From Chloroflexota bacterium (GTDB lineage: Bacteria; Chloroflexota; Dehalococcoidia; Lucifugimonadales; JADFKI01): a stretch of DNA of 64,000 bases. Shown here in pieces: positions 40,687-50,076 of this stretch; position 1 is the stretch's first letter, and every line of letters begins with the position of its first letter. The notes under the pieces are model-generated. The model did not search any database. It was given only the letters and a program-made list of their open reading frames with translations, and was not told where the DNA came from. The stretch lies in the NCBI GenBank assembly GCA_027623195.1, contig JAQBUT010000021.1, positions 1-64,000 of the forward strand, written 5' to 3'. The position numbers were made by a program, and so were the translations under genes.

Positions 40687-41628
40687 TCAAGTGGTTATTT
40701 TCCGTCCGGGAATTGTGGCCGCGATTCGATTTTGCAATTTCACTTTCAAGTCCTCAGGGGTAGACCATAGGATGTGGTTGTACTGCCTCGTATCGAAATG
40801 TAAATTCTCAACATCAATCTTTGTGTCGCTGCACGTCCAAATGACAGGTATTCCCAATCCCATCGCAAAACCTGCGTCAAAATATACCCCGCCTCTGTTC
40901 CCGGTGAAATCCGCAACTAGCAGGCCGCTGAGTCGAATATCAGCGATGATTTGGTCATCGATTTTATTATTGTGTTGGACGTGATCGACTCGGATTGGTT
41001 CGTACCCCGTCGCCTTTAATGCAGGCTCAAACCCGTTGTCCCAGGCGGGTTTCAATTGCTTATCAAACGACATTGCAACGAAGCTTCGATCACTATCAAT
41101 TCGACTCTTTTTCAGTTCACCCACTCGTTCCCATCCCTCTGGAGTAAGACGATAGAACTGGTTATTTTTGCCTTTAGATTCTCCTCGTCGGCTAAGTAAA
41201 TGTTGGTCGAACAACGTATCTAAGAAGAATTGGAATTCGTCAGCGTCCTTCGCAAAAGCTAAAGGATAGTCATTTTGGTAGAAGACTTGAGTCTCCTCAT
41301 CAGCCTTACTTTGTTTTTCGCTGACGTAAATCAGGGCAAAGTTCATGTTTTCCAACGGACTTGAAGGAACGGATACGGACCGGACAAGATCAGAGATATT
41401 TTCTATAGTTATGGTTATCAAATGGCCTGAATCCCAGGCTCGGCGTGTTACTCCCGATAACAGATGAATTCGATTCTCTGCGTGTGTCTCTACATCTGGA
41501 GTAGTTACTTCATAGGTAACGTTGAATGTCCCACAAGTGGAACAATCTATTTGGGCTCCATCAATTTTTTGGAGAATCTGACTTCCTGCGTTACCTTTGC
41601 AGAGAGGGCATAATGGATTTATAGTCAT
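40687..41628 (-). CDS. Zn-finger plus nucleoside 2-deoxyribosyltransferase/TIR-like domain protein
   Basis: N-terminal CPLC...CSTC; C-terminal FVAMSF, KIDDQIIADIR, VADFTGNRGGVYFDAGFAMGLGIPVIW, HFDTRQYNHI. Visibly AT-richer than its flanks. Confidence 0.8.
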   Translation of the reverse strand: MTINPLCPLCKGNAGSQILQKIDGAQIDCSTCGTFNVTYEVTTPDVETHAENRIHLLSGVTRRAWDSGHLITITIENISDLVRSVSVPSSPLENMNFALIYVSEKQSKADEETQVFYQNDYPLAFAKDADEFQFFLDTLFDQHLLSRRGESKGKNNQFYRLTPEGWERVGELKKSRIDSDRSFVAMSFDKQLKPAWDNGFEPALKATGYEPIRVDHVQHNNKIDDQIIADIRLSGLLVADFTGNRGGVYFDAGFAMGLGIPVIWTCSDTKIDVENLHFDTRQYNHILWSTPEDLKVKLQNRIAATIPGRKITT

Positions 41629-41694
41629 ATTGATTCTCCATTCAACATACGGTTCCGAGAAACACATACATCTCGCATGCGCTGCGCTAGGCAG

Positions 41695-41731
41695 AAAAGC
41701 CCTCCCGCACTTCGTGCAGGAAGGCTCTTTT
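41695..41731. terminator. Intrinsic terminator-like hairpin downstream of the SMP-30 gene
   Basis: AAAAGCCCTCCCGCAC-TTC-GTGCAGGAAGGCTCTTTT with A/T runs on both sides. Confidence 0.6.
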
Positions 41732-41772
41732 GGCGTTTAATTTGCAGCGCCACTTCTTAAAAGGGCCTTGCG

Positions 41773-42633
41773 CTACGCCTTCGGAATCTTGGTCCCGTCT
41801 GTCTTCATGCGCATGCTGAAGACCGAGGTGTTGGCGGTGAAGTACATGGTCTTGTTGTCGGGGCCGCCCCAGCCGCAGTTGGCAGGGTACTCCGGCAGCT
41901 TGATGATGCCGATAAGCTCTCCAGTCGTCTCGAAGACCCAGCAACCGCCCGGTCCTGTGCAGTAGACTCGGCCCTCCGCGTCCACCTTCATGCCGTCAGG
42001 CACACCGGCTTCCTCAGACGACATGTCAGCGAAGTGTCTGCCGTTTGTAACCGTGCCGTCGGCGTTAACGTCGTACGCCATGATGAACTTATCGGGCCTA
42101 GTGTTGGCCACGTACAGAATCTTTTCATCTGGGGAAAACGCCAACCCGTTAGGGTAGTCGAACTGCTGAATGATCGTGTCGACAGTTCCGTCGGGCTTGA
42201 CTCGCAGCACATTATTGGAGGCAAGGTCCACGTCGGCGGACTCCAGGCGCTCGCGACCAGGGTTGGTGAAGTACAGGCTGCCGTCGGACTTTCCGATAAC
42301 GTCGTTGGGCCTGTTAAAGCGCTTGCCGTTTACCTTGTCGGCGACCACCGTATACGTATTATTGGGTCCCATACGCGTCAGCCGTCGATTAACCATCTCG
42401 CAGATGATAACCCGCCCCTGATTGTCGAAGGTCATGCCGTTGGACTCGCCGCTGTTCTCGCGGATGATCGTGGTCTTGCCGTCTGTGCCCAGTCGCACGA
42501 TCTGGCTGCGGCGGATATCGACAAAGGTCAGCGTACCGTCCGGGTGCCATAGAGGCCCCTCGGTGAACACGAAACCGGACGCAACCTGCTTGGGCTCGCC
42601 AGTCTCGACGATATCGGAAAGTGTAGTAGCCAT
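41773..42633 (-). CDS. SMP-30/gluconolactonase family protein
   Basis: FTEGPLW, SNGMTFD, RPND, PNGLAFSPDE, PDGMKVD. Confidence 0.93.
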   Translation of the reverse strand: MATTLSDIVETGEPKQVASGFVFTEGPLWHPDGTLTFVDIRRSQIVRLGTDGKTTIIRENSGESNGMTFDNQGRVIICEMVNRRLTRMGPNNTYTVVADKVNGKRFNRPNDVIGKSDGSLYFTNPGRERLESADVDLASNNVLRVKPDGTVDTIIQQFDYPNGLAFSPDEKILYVANTRPDKFIMAYDVNADGTVTNGRHFADMSSEEAGVPDGMKVDAEGRVYCTGPGGCWVFETTGELIGIIKLPEYPANCGWGGPDNKTMYFTANTSVFSMRMKTDGTKIPKA

Positions 42634-42792
42634 GAATATCTCCTTGCGCTCTTATCTATACTTAATTACGGAATCCAGATGCCTGCGTTGAGAGCCAAGA
42701 CTCTGAATTGCAAAACATTCGTCATGCTGGAAGAGTCTTGCCATACAATTTACTGTCTTAGGCAAGAGCTTTCCACAGGTCATCCCCGCGAA

Positions 42793-43701
42793 TTACTGCC
42801 GAACGTATTTCACGATACGGCGGCCTGTGCTGCCCTCGCCGGACGTTGGCTGCACGAAGTAGATGCTGCCTTCGGAGTCGCCAGCCGCGCCGTGGCAGCT
42901 TCGGTACTTCTCGTCGCCCCATCGCGCCAGTAGTTCGCCGTCCTCCGACAGTACGCTGAAAAAGCCGCCATTGTGCTCGGCAACGTAGCAGATGCCATCA
43001 TTGTCCTGCCATACGACCGCCGGGCCTGCGAGCTTGGTGGGCCACTGGGTTATGTATTCGCCATCCTGGGTAAACACCTGTACGCGGTCGTTTTCTCGGT
43101 CGGCGATGAGTAGTTGACCTTTGCTGTCGATCCACGCTCCATGGGGAAGCATGAACTGGCCAGGGCCGTCGCCCGGGTCGCCCCAAGACTTGATCAGCTT
43201 GCCCTCGGCCGTGAACTTGTGCACCCGGCAGTTAGCGTAGCCGTCGGAGATAAAGATCTCACCGGAGGGGGCCACTGCGATGCCCGCCGGCATGTTGAAT
43301 GGCGCCGCGCCGTGTGTGACCTGCAGGTAGCCGCTGGATCCGAAATCGGTGTTGTCCGCGCCGGTGTCGGAGCGGTACCCCTTTTCGCCGATGGTCATCA
43401 GCAGGGTGCCATCTGATGTGTACTTGAATATTTGCTGGTCATTGCGGTCGACGATCCATATGTTGTCGCTGGCGTCGGCGTAAATGGCATGGGGGAAAGC
43501 GAACTCGGTCACGCCCCAGTCAGACAGGTGGTTGCCGTCCTTGTCGAACACGATGATTCCGTGCTCGCCCCGGTTGAAGCCGTAAACCCGGTCCTGCGAG
43601 TCCACGGTGACCGCAGCCATGGGGGCATTCCAGTTATTGGGGACCTTTGCCCAGTCTTCGACTGCCTCGTAGGTGTACTTTCCGCTTCCAACTGTTGCCA
43701 T
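42793..43701 (-). CDS. NHL-repeat beta-propeller (peptidyl-alpha-hydroxyglycine lyase-like)
   Basis: SDGYANCRVHKF, GQFMLPHG, ADRENDRVQVF; AAGGAG RBS before ATG 43701. Confidence 0.9.
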   Translation of the reverse strand: MATVGSGKYTYEAVEDWAKVPNNWNAPMAAVTVDSQDRVYGFNRGEHGIIVFDKDGNHLSDWGVTEFAFPHAIYADASDNIWIVDRNDQQIFKYTSDGTLLMTIGEKGYRSDTGADNTDFGSSGYLQVTHGAAPFNMPAGIAVAPSGEIFISDGYANCRVHKFTAEGKLIKSWGDPGDGPGQFMLPHGAWIDSKGQLLIADRENDRVQVFTQDGEYITQWPTKLAGPAVVWQDNDGICYVAEHNGGFFSVLSEDGELLARWGDEKYRSCHGAAGDSEGSIYFVQPTSGEGSTGRRIVKYVRQ

Positions 43702-43736
43702 ATTGTTGCTCCTTAATAATTGTATGGATGTTTGGA

Positions 43737-44786
43737 TTAGCCGATCAACGAAGGCTTGCATGCCTCCATGACGGCGCGTACTGAATCTATATTAGGTCTG
43801 GCGGCGACGACCCGTACCATGGCGATGTCGAGGCCCTCGGCGATGCGCTTGAACTCTTTAGCCGCGCCGCCGGGTTTGCCGAAATAGCCGACAGTCCTCA
43901 ATATGGCGACAGGGAAGGCCTCCGCTACCTCGTCGTTGGATGCGCCGGCTCGTCGCATGTCGTCCAACTCGCCTAGCTCCTTCACGAACCCCATGCGCTC
44001 GAAGTGGGCTCGGTAGCCCAGTTGACGCTCTCGTTCAGTGGGCACAGTCGCGCCAAGGGCGTAATGCATCGTGGCTTTGGCAAATGCGATTCGAGCGACA
44101 TCCTCGTCCTCGTCGATGCACACGCGGATGTACTGCGCCATCTTTATCTCAGAAGGGCTGCGTCCCGCCTTTGCGGCTCCCTCATTGATGCGCTCTCGGC
44201 TCCAGGCGATCTGCTCTGGGCTGCACCAGTTCAGGCAGGCGCCATCAGCCAGCTCACCGGCCATATTCAGCATCTTCGGCCCTAACGCGCCCAGGTACAC
44301 GGGCGTTTTCGGCGGAGGGTTTATACCCAGCTTCGCGCCCTGCAAGCTCACGGTCTCCCCCTCGTAGTCCACGGTTTGGCCGTTGACCAGCGCCCGGGCC
44401 ACGGTGACGTAGTCCCGCATGAGCGCCAGCGCCGAAAGCTTGGGCATGCCCAGAGCCTGCCTCGTCTTGGGACGGTAGGCACCGCCGGAACCGAGGCCCA
44501 TGATGAACTTGCCGCCAGTAATATCGCTGACGGTTCCGCCAGCCATGGCAAATGCGATAGGTGTGCGGTACATGACAGGAGATACCGATATGCCTGTGGT
44601 CAGTCCTTCCGGAACGACCTCTCGCGTGGCGGCCCAGCGCTGCAAGCAGAGCTGGTACGAATCTTGGCCTGTGCCCTCCGGCGTCCAGATGCTGGTGTAG
44701 CCCAGCTTGGCCGCCTCTCTGGACATTTGCGCCTGATCGTCCCAGTTGAGATTGAGTGATGCGTCGAGTCCTACGCCGATATCCAT
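43737..44786 (-). CDS. LLM-class (possibly F420-dependent) oxidoreductase
   Basis: SIWTPE, GGKFIMGLGSG, PVYLGALGPKMLNMAGELADG. Confidence 0.9.
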   Translation of the reverse strand: MDIGVGLDASLNLNWDDQAQMSREAAKLGYTSIWTPEGTGQDSYQLCLQRWAATREVVPEGLTTGISVSPVMYRTPIAFAMAGGTVSDITGGKFIMGLGSGGAYRPKTRQALGMPKLSALALMRDYVTVARALVNGQTVDYEGETVSLQGAKLGINPPPKTPVYLGALGPKMLNMAGELADGACLNWCSPEQIAWSRERINEGAAKAGRSPSEIKMAQYIRVCIDEDEDVARIAFAKATMHYALGATVPTERERQLGYRAHFERMGFVKELGELDDMRRAGASNDEVAEAFPVAILRTVGYFGKPGGAAKEFKRIAEGLDIAMVRVVAARPNIDSVRAVMEACKPSLIG

Positions 44787-44908
44787 ATTTCGTCCCCATT
44801 CAGGTGATGCCAGTTTTAAGGCTCCGCAGTGGTCTAGGTTGGCGGATAAGCGGCATTATATGGGGGTTGCAGCGGTTGGGCAAGCGTGTCAAATCGGGAA
44901 AAGAGAAC

Positions 44909-44931
44909 GGGGCGAATCATAAACTCGCCCC
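44909..44931 (-). terminator. Probable terminator of the MaoC gene pair
   Basis: GGGGCGA...TCGCCCC stem followed on the minus strand by GTTCTCTTTT. Confidence 0.5.
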
Positions 44932-44983
44932 ATATTTGCTGTTTGGCCTGAGTTAGCATTTAAAGGCTTGGGAAGCTGCGGCC

Positions 44984-45415
44984 CTAGCTTCGCGAAGGCA
45001 GTTCCGCAATGGCAGAGCCTGGAGTCGTTTTCTGACCCTCGTGGTTCTCCAGCCAGATCTCGCACTCCACCAGGTTCGCGCCGTTCTCGGTGTACTTGCG
45101 CTTCACGATGCCCTTGCCCAGAATGGGCGTGCCGGGAACGTCCATGCCGCGGTACTGCGTGACCAGCTTCTTTAGCGTGCCGTCTTCGCCAATCCAGTCG
45201 GTCATGACCTGCCCCAGCCAGGAGCCCTTCAGCGCGCCATGCAGGATCACGTCCGGCAGGCCGTTGTTCCTGGCGAAGTTCTGGTCGTAATGAATCTGGT
45301 AGTAGTCGCCCGAAGCGCCTGCATATTTGACCAACTGCTGAGTCGTTGGGTCCTTGCGTAGAATGGGCAACTCCGTACCTTCTTCGATGTCTTCGAAGTA
45401 GACTTGCTCCGCCAT
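44984..45415 (-). CDS. MaoC-family dehydratase subunit
   Basis: YAGASGDYYQIHYD, ILHG. Confidence 0.9.
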   Translation of the reverse strand: MAEQVYFEDIEEGTELPILRKDPTTQQLVKYAGASGDYYQIHYDQNFARNNGLPDVILHGALKGSWLGQVMTDWIGEDGTLKKLVTQYRGMDVPGTPILGKGIVKRKYTENGANLVECEIWLENHEGQKTTPGSAIAELPSRS

Positions 45416-45434
45416 ATTCCGTCCTTTCGGTTAG

Positions 45435-45508
45435 AGCTTTCAGTTATCAGCAGTCAGGCATCAGCCGTTATTTTGGGCTGAACGCTGAAAGCTAATGGCT
45501 GACCGCTA
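45435..45508. repeat. Heptamer-periodic inverted repeat (nnTCAGC / GCTGAnn) between the MaoC genes
   Basis: AGCTTTC AGTTATC AGCAGTC AG ... GCTGAAC GCTGAAA GCTAATG GCTGACC GCT. Confidence 0.7.
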
Positions 45509-45967
45509 CTTCGGGTCGTAGCTTATCCCTGTGGTCCGCTGCAGGGCTGCCGTAGCGCCGAACTGGTTTACGTACTTGGTCTCCCGTATCGTAAACAGCA
45601 TATTGCCCAGCCGACCGGGCCTTTCGAACAACTCTGCGATCTTTGTCGTAACAGTGATGCGGTCGCCAGGACGCACAGGCTCGAAGTACTCCCACTCGCT
45701 GCCTCCGTCCAGGGCGGCAGAATAGGGGCTCTTGAAGCTGGGAGGCGACTTGGATATCAAAGAGCGCATAAAGGTGGGCGGGGCGATTAAGCCACCGTGA
45801 CGCGACTTTCGGGCGGCCTGCTCGTCAGTGAAGAGCGGATTGTCGTCGCCAATGGCCTGAGCGAATTTAATAATAGCGCCCTTTTCTACCTCGTAGGTGA
45901 CAGGCTCCGAGTCTACCCCTACCGCCTCTTTCATCTCTTGCGTGATGATCGATTCCTCGGTTGTCAT
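45506..45967 (-). CDS. MaoC-like (FAS1-type N-terminal) dehydratase subunit
   Basis: IIKFAQAIGDDNPLF, APPTF, EYFEPVRPGD. Confidence 0.9.
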   Translation of the reverse strand: MTTEESIITQEMKEAVGVDSEPVTYEVEKGAIIKFAQAIGDDNPLFTDEQAARKSRHGGLIAPPTFMRSLISKSPPSFKSPYSAALDGGSEWEYFEPVRPGDRITVTTKIAELFERPGRLGNMLFTIRETKYVNQFGATAALQRTTGISYDPK

Positions 45968-46092
45968 GTCGTTGACTCCTCTAAGACTGGTCCCTCTTAA
46001 CGCCTTCGTGGCCTGAATGGAGTTTACGTTTGCTCAAGAGAGGTGTCAAGAAAATTGGTGATGCTCAAGCCCTCCACATGTACAATATCGGC

Positions 46093-46320
46093 GTGATTAT
46101 CAATGGCTGCAAAACCACGAAAATATACTGCCGCCCTAACTGCCCGCCCGGCAGACGCACCAAGCGGGAGAACCGCGTCCAATTCGGTTCTTTTCAAGAG
46201 GCTAAAGAGGCTGGATTTCGCGCCTGTATGGTCTGCAAACCAGAGTTTGGCGAGTATGGTGCGTGGGTGTCGAAGGGTGGTAAAAATGTTTTAGATGAAT
46301 GTGAGAACCGGCGAATATAA
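46093..46320 (+). CDS. Stand-alone Ada metal-binding domain protein
   Basis: TTKIYCRPNC and AGFRACMVCKP (four Cys of N-Ada). GTG 46093 lies 6 nt after TACAAT. Confidence 0.82.
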   Translation: MIINGCKTTKIYCRPNCPPGRRTKRENRVQFGSFQEAKEAGFRACMVCKPEFGEYGAWVSKGGKNVLDECENRRI

Positions 46321-46351
46321 TTTGGAGTAATCATTTCGAGGAGGCCAGGCA

Positions 46352-46735
46352 TTGCAGATTGCTAAGTACGTTCGGATGTATGCGGACGAGGATGGGGAGT
46401 CCCATTTCGAGGATGTAGATATGGAATTGCAGCCTGTGGACTTCGCTCCGCCGGCCGCACCGCTGAACATCGCGCCTATCTCGGCAGCGGCTCAATGCCT
46501 GTGGGTGGGAGGCCCCATTGGGTGGCGAGGTGACATCCCTCACCCTGCGCCCAATCGTCAGATATTCTGCTGCATGGTGGGGTCTTACGAAATCACAGTC
46601 AGCGATGGTAGCGTGAGGAGCTTTCCCACGGGGTCAGTGTTGCTGCTAGAGGACACCCACGGCAATGGCCACTCTACTCGCATCACCAGTGACGAAGATG
46701 CGCTGGTCTTCGCCGTTACGTTGGCGGAGGGCTAG
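46352..46735 (+). CDS. Cupin-fold protein
   Basis: YADEDGESHFED, HPAPNRQ, LLEDTHGNGH; GAGGAGG RBS. Confidence 0.85.
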   Translation: MQIAKYVRMYADEDGESHFEDVDMELQPVDFAPPAAPLNIAPISAAAQCLWVGGPIGWRGDIPHPAPNRQIFCCMVGSYEITVSDGSVRSFPTGSVLLLEDTHGNGHSTRITSDEDALVFAVTLAEG

Positions 46736-46804
46736 GGCCTGTTCTGACGGTCCTTTTGGAGTTATCCAGTCCTTGCGATTATAGGGATACAGAATAGGCG
46801 AGTG

Positions 46805-47326
46805 TCAATATCCCAGGGCCGCCAACTGTTGCAGGATCTGGTCTGGCGTAGGCCGGTCCTGAATGTTTTCACCAATGTGACGCCAGGCAATCTTTCCATC
46901 GCTGGTTATGATGAAAGACGAGGGCGTGGCGACGCCGTCCCCCAGCAAGTTATGGACCTTGTAGGCTTTCGTGGCAACGCCCTCCGGGTCGGCCAGCACC
47001 GGGAACTTGACCCCAACCAGTGATGTCATCTCTTGGGCGTCGATAACGCCGTCGAGGCTGATGGCGGCCAACTCCACGTTACGCCCCTGGAGAAGAGGGT
47101 AAATCTCCTGCAGCTCACCGAGCTGTCCACGGCATATGCCTCAGAAGAAACCACGGTAGAAGACCAGCACTACGGCGTCGTTCTCCTGCAGCAGGTCTTG
47201 CAGCGCTACCTGTCGGCCAGCGGCGTCGGTTAACGAGAAGTCAGGCGCCTTGCCGTTGTCTGAGGAGCAGGCGGCCATTGCCAGCACGGCTAGAGTTAGC
47301 ATCAGTCCAAAGAGTAGCTTCTTCAC
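46805..47326 (-). CDS. AhpC/TSA (peroxiredoxin-like) lipoprotein selenoprotein; UGA at 47143-47141 read as Sec
   Basis: Two ORF-track pieces are in one frame: ...APDFSL...VLVFYRGFF-UGA-GICRGQLGELQ...AAISLD...FPVLADP...PSSFII. UxxC sits at the CxxC position; lipobox AMAAC. Confidence 0.88.
47111..47140 (-). promoter_or_regulatory. Candidate bacterial SECIS element
   Basis: Hairpin CAGCUC-GGU-GAGCUG starts 15 nt after the UGA, with G at the start of the apical loop. Confidence 0.72.
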
Positions 47327-47429
47327 TCTTCACTCCCACTCAATCAGATTTTCCAAGCATAGTTCAGTCGGCGTGAGGAAGGCGTGAAGTTGGCGGCAAC
47401 AGGAGGCAGGAAGAGGCGAAATCCCAAGC

Positions 47430-49745
47430 CTACTCCACCTTTTCCAGGTGGGCGAGGCCTTGCATCAGGCGTTTGATGCCTGCGCCGTCCTTGAAGGCCA
47501 CGGTGACCTCGAAGTCCTCGTGAGACGCTTTGCACTCAACAACGATTCCGTCGCCGAACTTGCTGTGCTTTACCTTGTCGCCTGTCGAGAAATGCGGCAA
47601 AGCAGGGGCGGGAGTCGGCCTGGGATTCTTAGCTGGCCCAACAACGCTGGTCTTTGAACCTCTGCCATTCCCCACGCTTGGCTCGACCTGACGTGCGCGT
47701 CGTGCCCCTGGAGTCCAGGCCGCCGACTTGATCGTCTTGGACTTGGGCTGACTCTGCACCGGCGCGGTGATGAGCTTGGGCGGAATGTCCATGAGGAAAC
47801 GCGAAGGAATGCTGGGCTCGGAGCCGCCTCTGAAGCCGCGTCGGAAGGACCTGCACAGGTATAGCCTTTCCCTGGCACGAGTCACCCCCACGTAGCAAAG
47901 CCGGCGCTCCTCCTCCAACTGAGTCGGGTCGTCCATGGAGCGTATGTGGGGCAGCAGGCCCTCCTCCATGCCCACCATAAACACCACGGGGAACTCCAGA
48001 CCCTTAGCCTGGTGCAGGGTGATTAGGGTTATAGCGTCGGGCTTTTCCTCCATGCTGTCGATGTCGGCAACCAGGCTGACGCTCTCAAGAAAAGCAGTCA
48101 GCGCCTCGTCACGGCCAAAGGCCAGAAAATCACGCGCCGAGGCCTTGAACTCCTGGATGTTCTCCAGTCTCTCCTCGCCTCGGTCCGACTGGTCCATGAG
48201 GTAAGTCTTGTAGCCTGTGCGGTCAACGACGCTATCGATCAGGTCCAGAATATCTGATGCCTCACGCTCGGCCTGTAGGCTCTTGATAAGGTCATGGAAA
48301 TCGGTGAGCGCTCGGAGAGAGCGGGCAGGGAAGGGGTTGGTTATCGCAGTCCCAGATTCACCAGACTCTTCTGTGACACCGGATGCTAAAGAGTTGATGG
48401 CTGCAAACATAGACATATTGGCCGTGCGGGCCAGTCGGGTCAGCTCGTCCATGGTGCGCTGACCGATGCCTCGCGTTGGCGTGTTGATAACCCGTTCCAG
48501 GCTAACGTCGTCGTTGGGGTTGACTACCAGCCTCAGGTACGCGGTGACGTCCTTGACCTCCTGTCGCTGGTAGAACTTCTGGCCGCCCACAACCTGGTAG
48601 GGCATGCCATAGCGCCGGCAAGACTCCTCCAGCGCGCGGGACTGCGCGTTGACGCGGTACATGACTGCGATGTCGCCCAGCTTGTAGCGGGGCTTACTCC
48701 CTCTGGTTAGCGACTGGATTTCCTTGACGACGAACTGGGCCTCCTCGGTCTCGTTGTAGCCCTCGCTGACAACGATGGGAACGCCCTCGCCGTTTTGAGT
48801 CCACAGGTCCTTGTCGACACGCTGGGTGTTGACGGCGATGAGGCTCTTGGCCGCGTCCAGAATGGTCTGCGTGGAGCGATAGTTCTCCTCCAGCGCGATT
48901 ACCTTTGCATTGGGGTAATCGTCCTGAAAGCTAAGGATGTTGCGTATGTCGGCGTTGCGCCATGTGTAGATGGACTGGTCGGGGTCGCCCACAACGCATA
49001 TGTTGGAGTAGGAGTAGGCCACCTGCTTGGCGATGGCGTACTGGGCCACGTTGGTGTCCTGGAACTCGTCGACCATGAAATGGACGTAGCGCTCCTGGTA
49101 TTTTTTCGCTACTTCCGGCATACGATCAAATAGAAGATAAGTTTTCAGCAGCAGGTCGTCGAAGTCCAGGGCGGAGCATTGCTGAAGAAGGCCTTCGTAG
49201 TGCTCGTAAGCCCGCACCACGATCTCCTCGAAGTAACTGCCCGACTTGTAAGACAGGCCTTCGAAGCCCAGTAACTGGCTCTTGGCGCTGGAGATTGCGG
49301 AGAGGATTGCCCTGGGAGCATAACGCTTTGGGTCTAGCTCCAGCTCTTTCATTACGCGCTTCATCAGCGACATCTGGTCCGAGTCGTCGTAGATGGCGAA
49401 GTCGCGCTTGACGCCTATGGCCTCGCCCTCCTGGCGAAGCACCTGCGCGCAGAACGTGTGGAAGGTCTTGGCCGTAACGTGGTCAGCGGCCGGGCCAAGC
49501 AGGGGCGTCAGCCGTGCGCGCATCTCTCTCGCTGCTTTGTTGGTGAAGGTGACGGCTCCAATGCGGTACGGCGATACGCCTACGACGCGCGTGAGGTAGG
49601 CGATGCGCTGGGTTATGACGCGAGTCTTGCCGCTGCCTGGGCCTGCCAGAATAAGCAGAGGACCTTCGATAGTCTCGACGGCCTCGCGCTGGTTTTTGTT
49701 CAGCCCATCGAGGATTCGCTGGGCTGTCTGTGAGGAATTGACCAT
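47430..49745 (-). CDS. pcrA: ATP-dependent DNA helicase PcrA/UvrD
   Basis: AGPGSGKT, VDEFQDTN, VGDPDQSIY, LEENYRS, TLHQAKGLEF, EEERRLCYVGVTRA; Tudor-like C-terminus. Confidence 0.97.
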   Translation of the reverse strand: MVNSSQTAQRILDGLNKNQREAVETIEGPLLILAGPGSGKTRVITQRIAYLTRVVGVSPYRIGAVTFTNKAAREMRARLTPLLGPAADHVTAKTFHTFCAQVLRQEGEAIGVKRDFAIYDDSDQMSLMKRVMKELELDPKRYAPRAILSAISSAKSQLLGFEGLSYKSGSYFEEIVVRAYEHYEGLLQQCSALDFDDLLLKTYLLFDRMPEVAKKYQERYVHFMVDEFQDTNVAQYAIAKQVAYSYSNICVVGDPDQSIYTWRNADIRNILSFQDDYPNAKVIALEENYRSTQTILDAAKSLIAVNTQRVDKDLWTQNGEGVPIVVSEGYNETEEAQFVVKEIQSLTRGSKPRYKLGDIAVMYRVNAQSRALEESCRRYGMPYQVVGGQKFYQRQEVKDVTAYLRLVVNPNDDVSLERVINTPTRGIGQRTMDELTRLARTANMSMFAAINSLASGVTEESGESGTAITNPFPARSLRALTDFHDLIKSLQAEREASDILDLIDSVVDRTGYKTYLMDQSDRGEERLENIQEFKASARDFLAFGRDEALTAFLESVSLVADIDSMEEKPDAITLITLHQAKGLEFPVVFMVGMEEGLLPHIRSMDDPTQLEEERRLCYVGVTRARERLYLCRSFRRGFRGGSEPSIPSRFLMDIPPKLITAPVQSQPKSKTIKSAAWTPGARRARQVEPSVGNGRGSKTSVVGPAKNPRPTPAPALPHFSTGDKVKHSKFGDGIVVECKASHEDFEVTVAFKDGAGIKRLMQGLAHLEKVE

Positions 49746-49949
49746 ATGTTCTCCTGGTCAGATTATAGCAGTTTTGGGTGGGTTCTTATGGGAGGGGATT
49801 GGCAGGATTATTGGTTGTTGGCTCTTCAAAGCGTCCCAGGTAGAATTCGCGTAGCGAGAACCTGCTTGAGGAAGCGACGCAGCGTTTCTATAAGTTGCCT
49901 GGACGCCTTGGTTCCTCGAATCCGCGCGTATGAGTGGGAATGGTGGCAG

Positions 49950-49978
49950 TTGACACTTCGATAGGGTGGCAATATAGT
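49950..49978 (+). promoter_or_regulatory. Sigma70 promoter
   Basis: TTGACA-17 bp-TATAGT. Confidence 0.7.
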
Positions 49979-50076
49979 CTGTGCCATCTTAAAGCAGTGC
50001 GAATGCGGGAGCGCTGGACTACATTCAGGTATTGACCGGCGTTTCCTGCCCTTGTGCCACGAAGGAGAGCGGTTGT

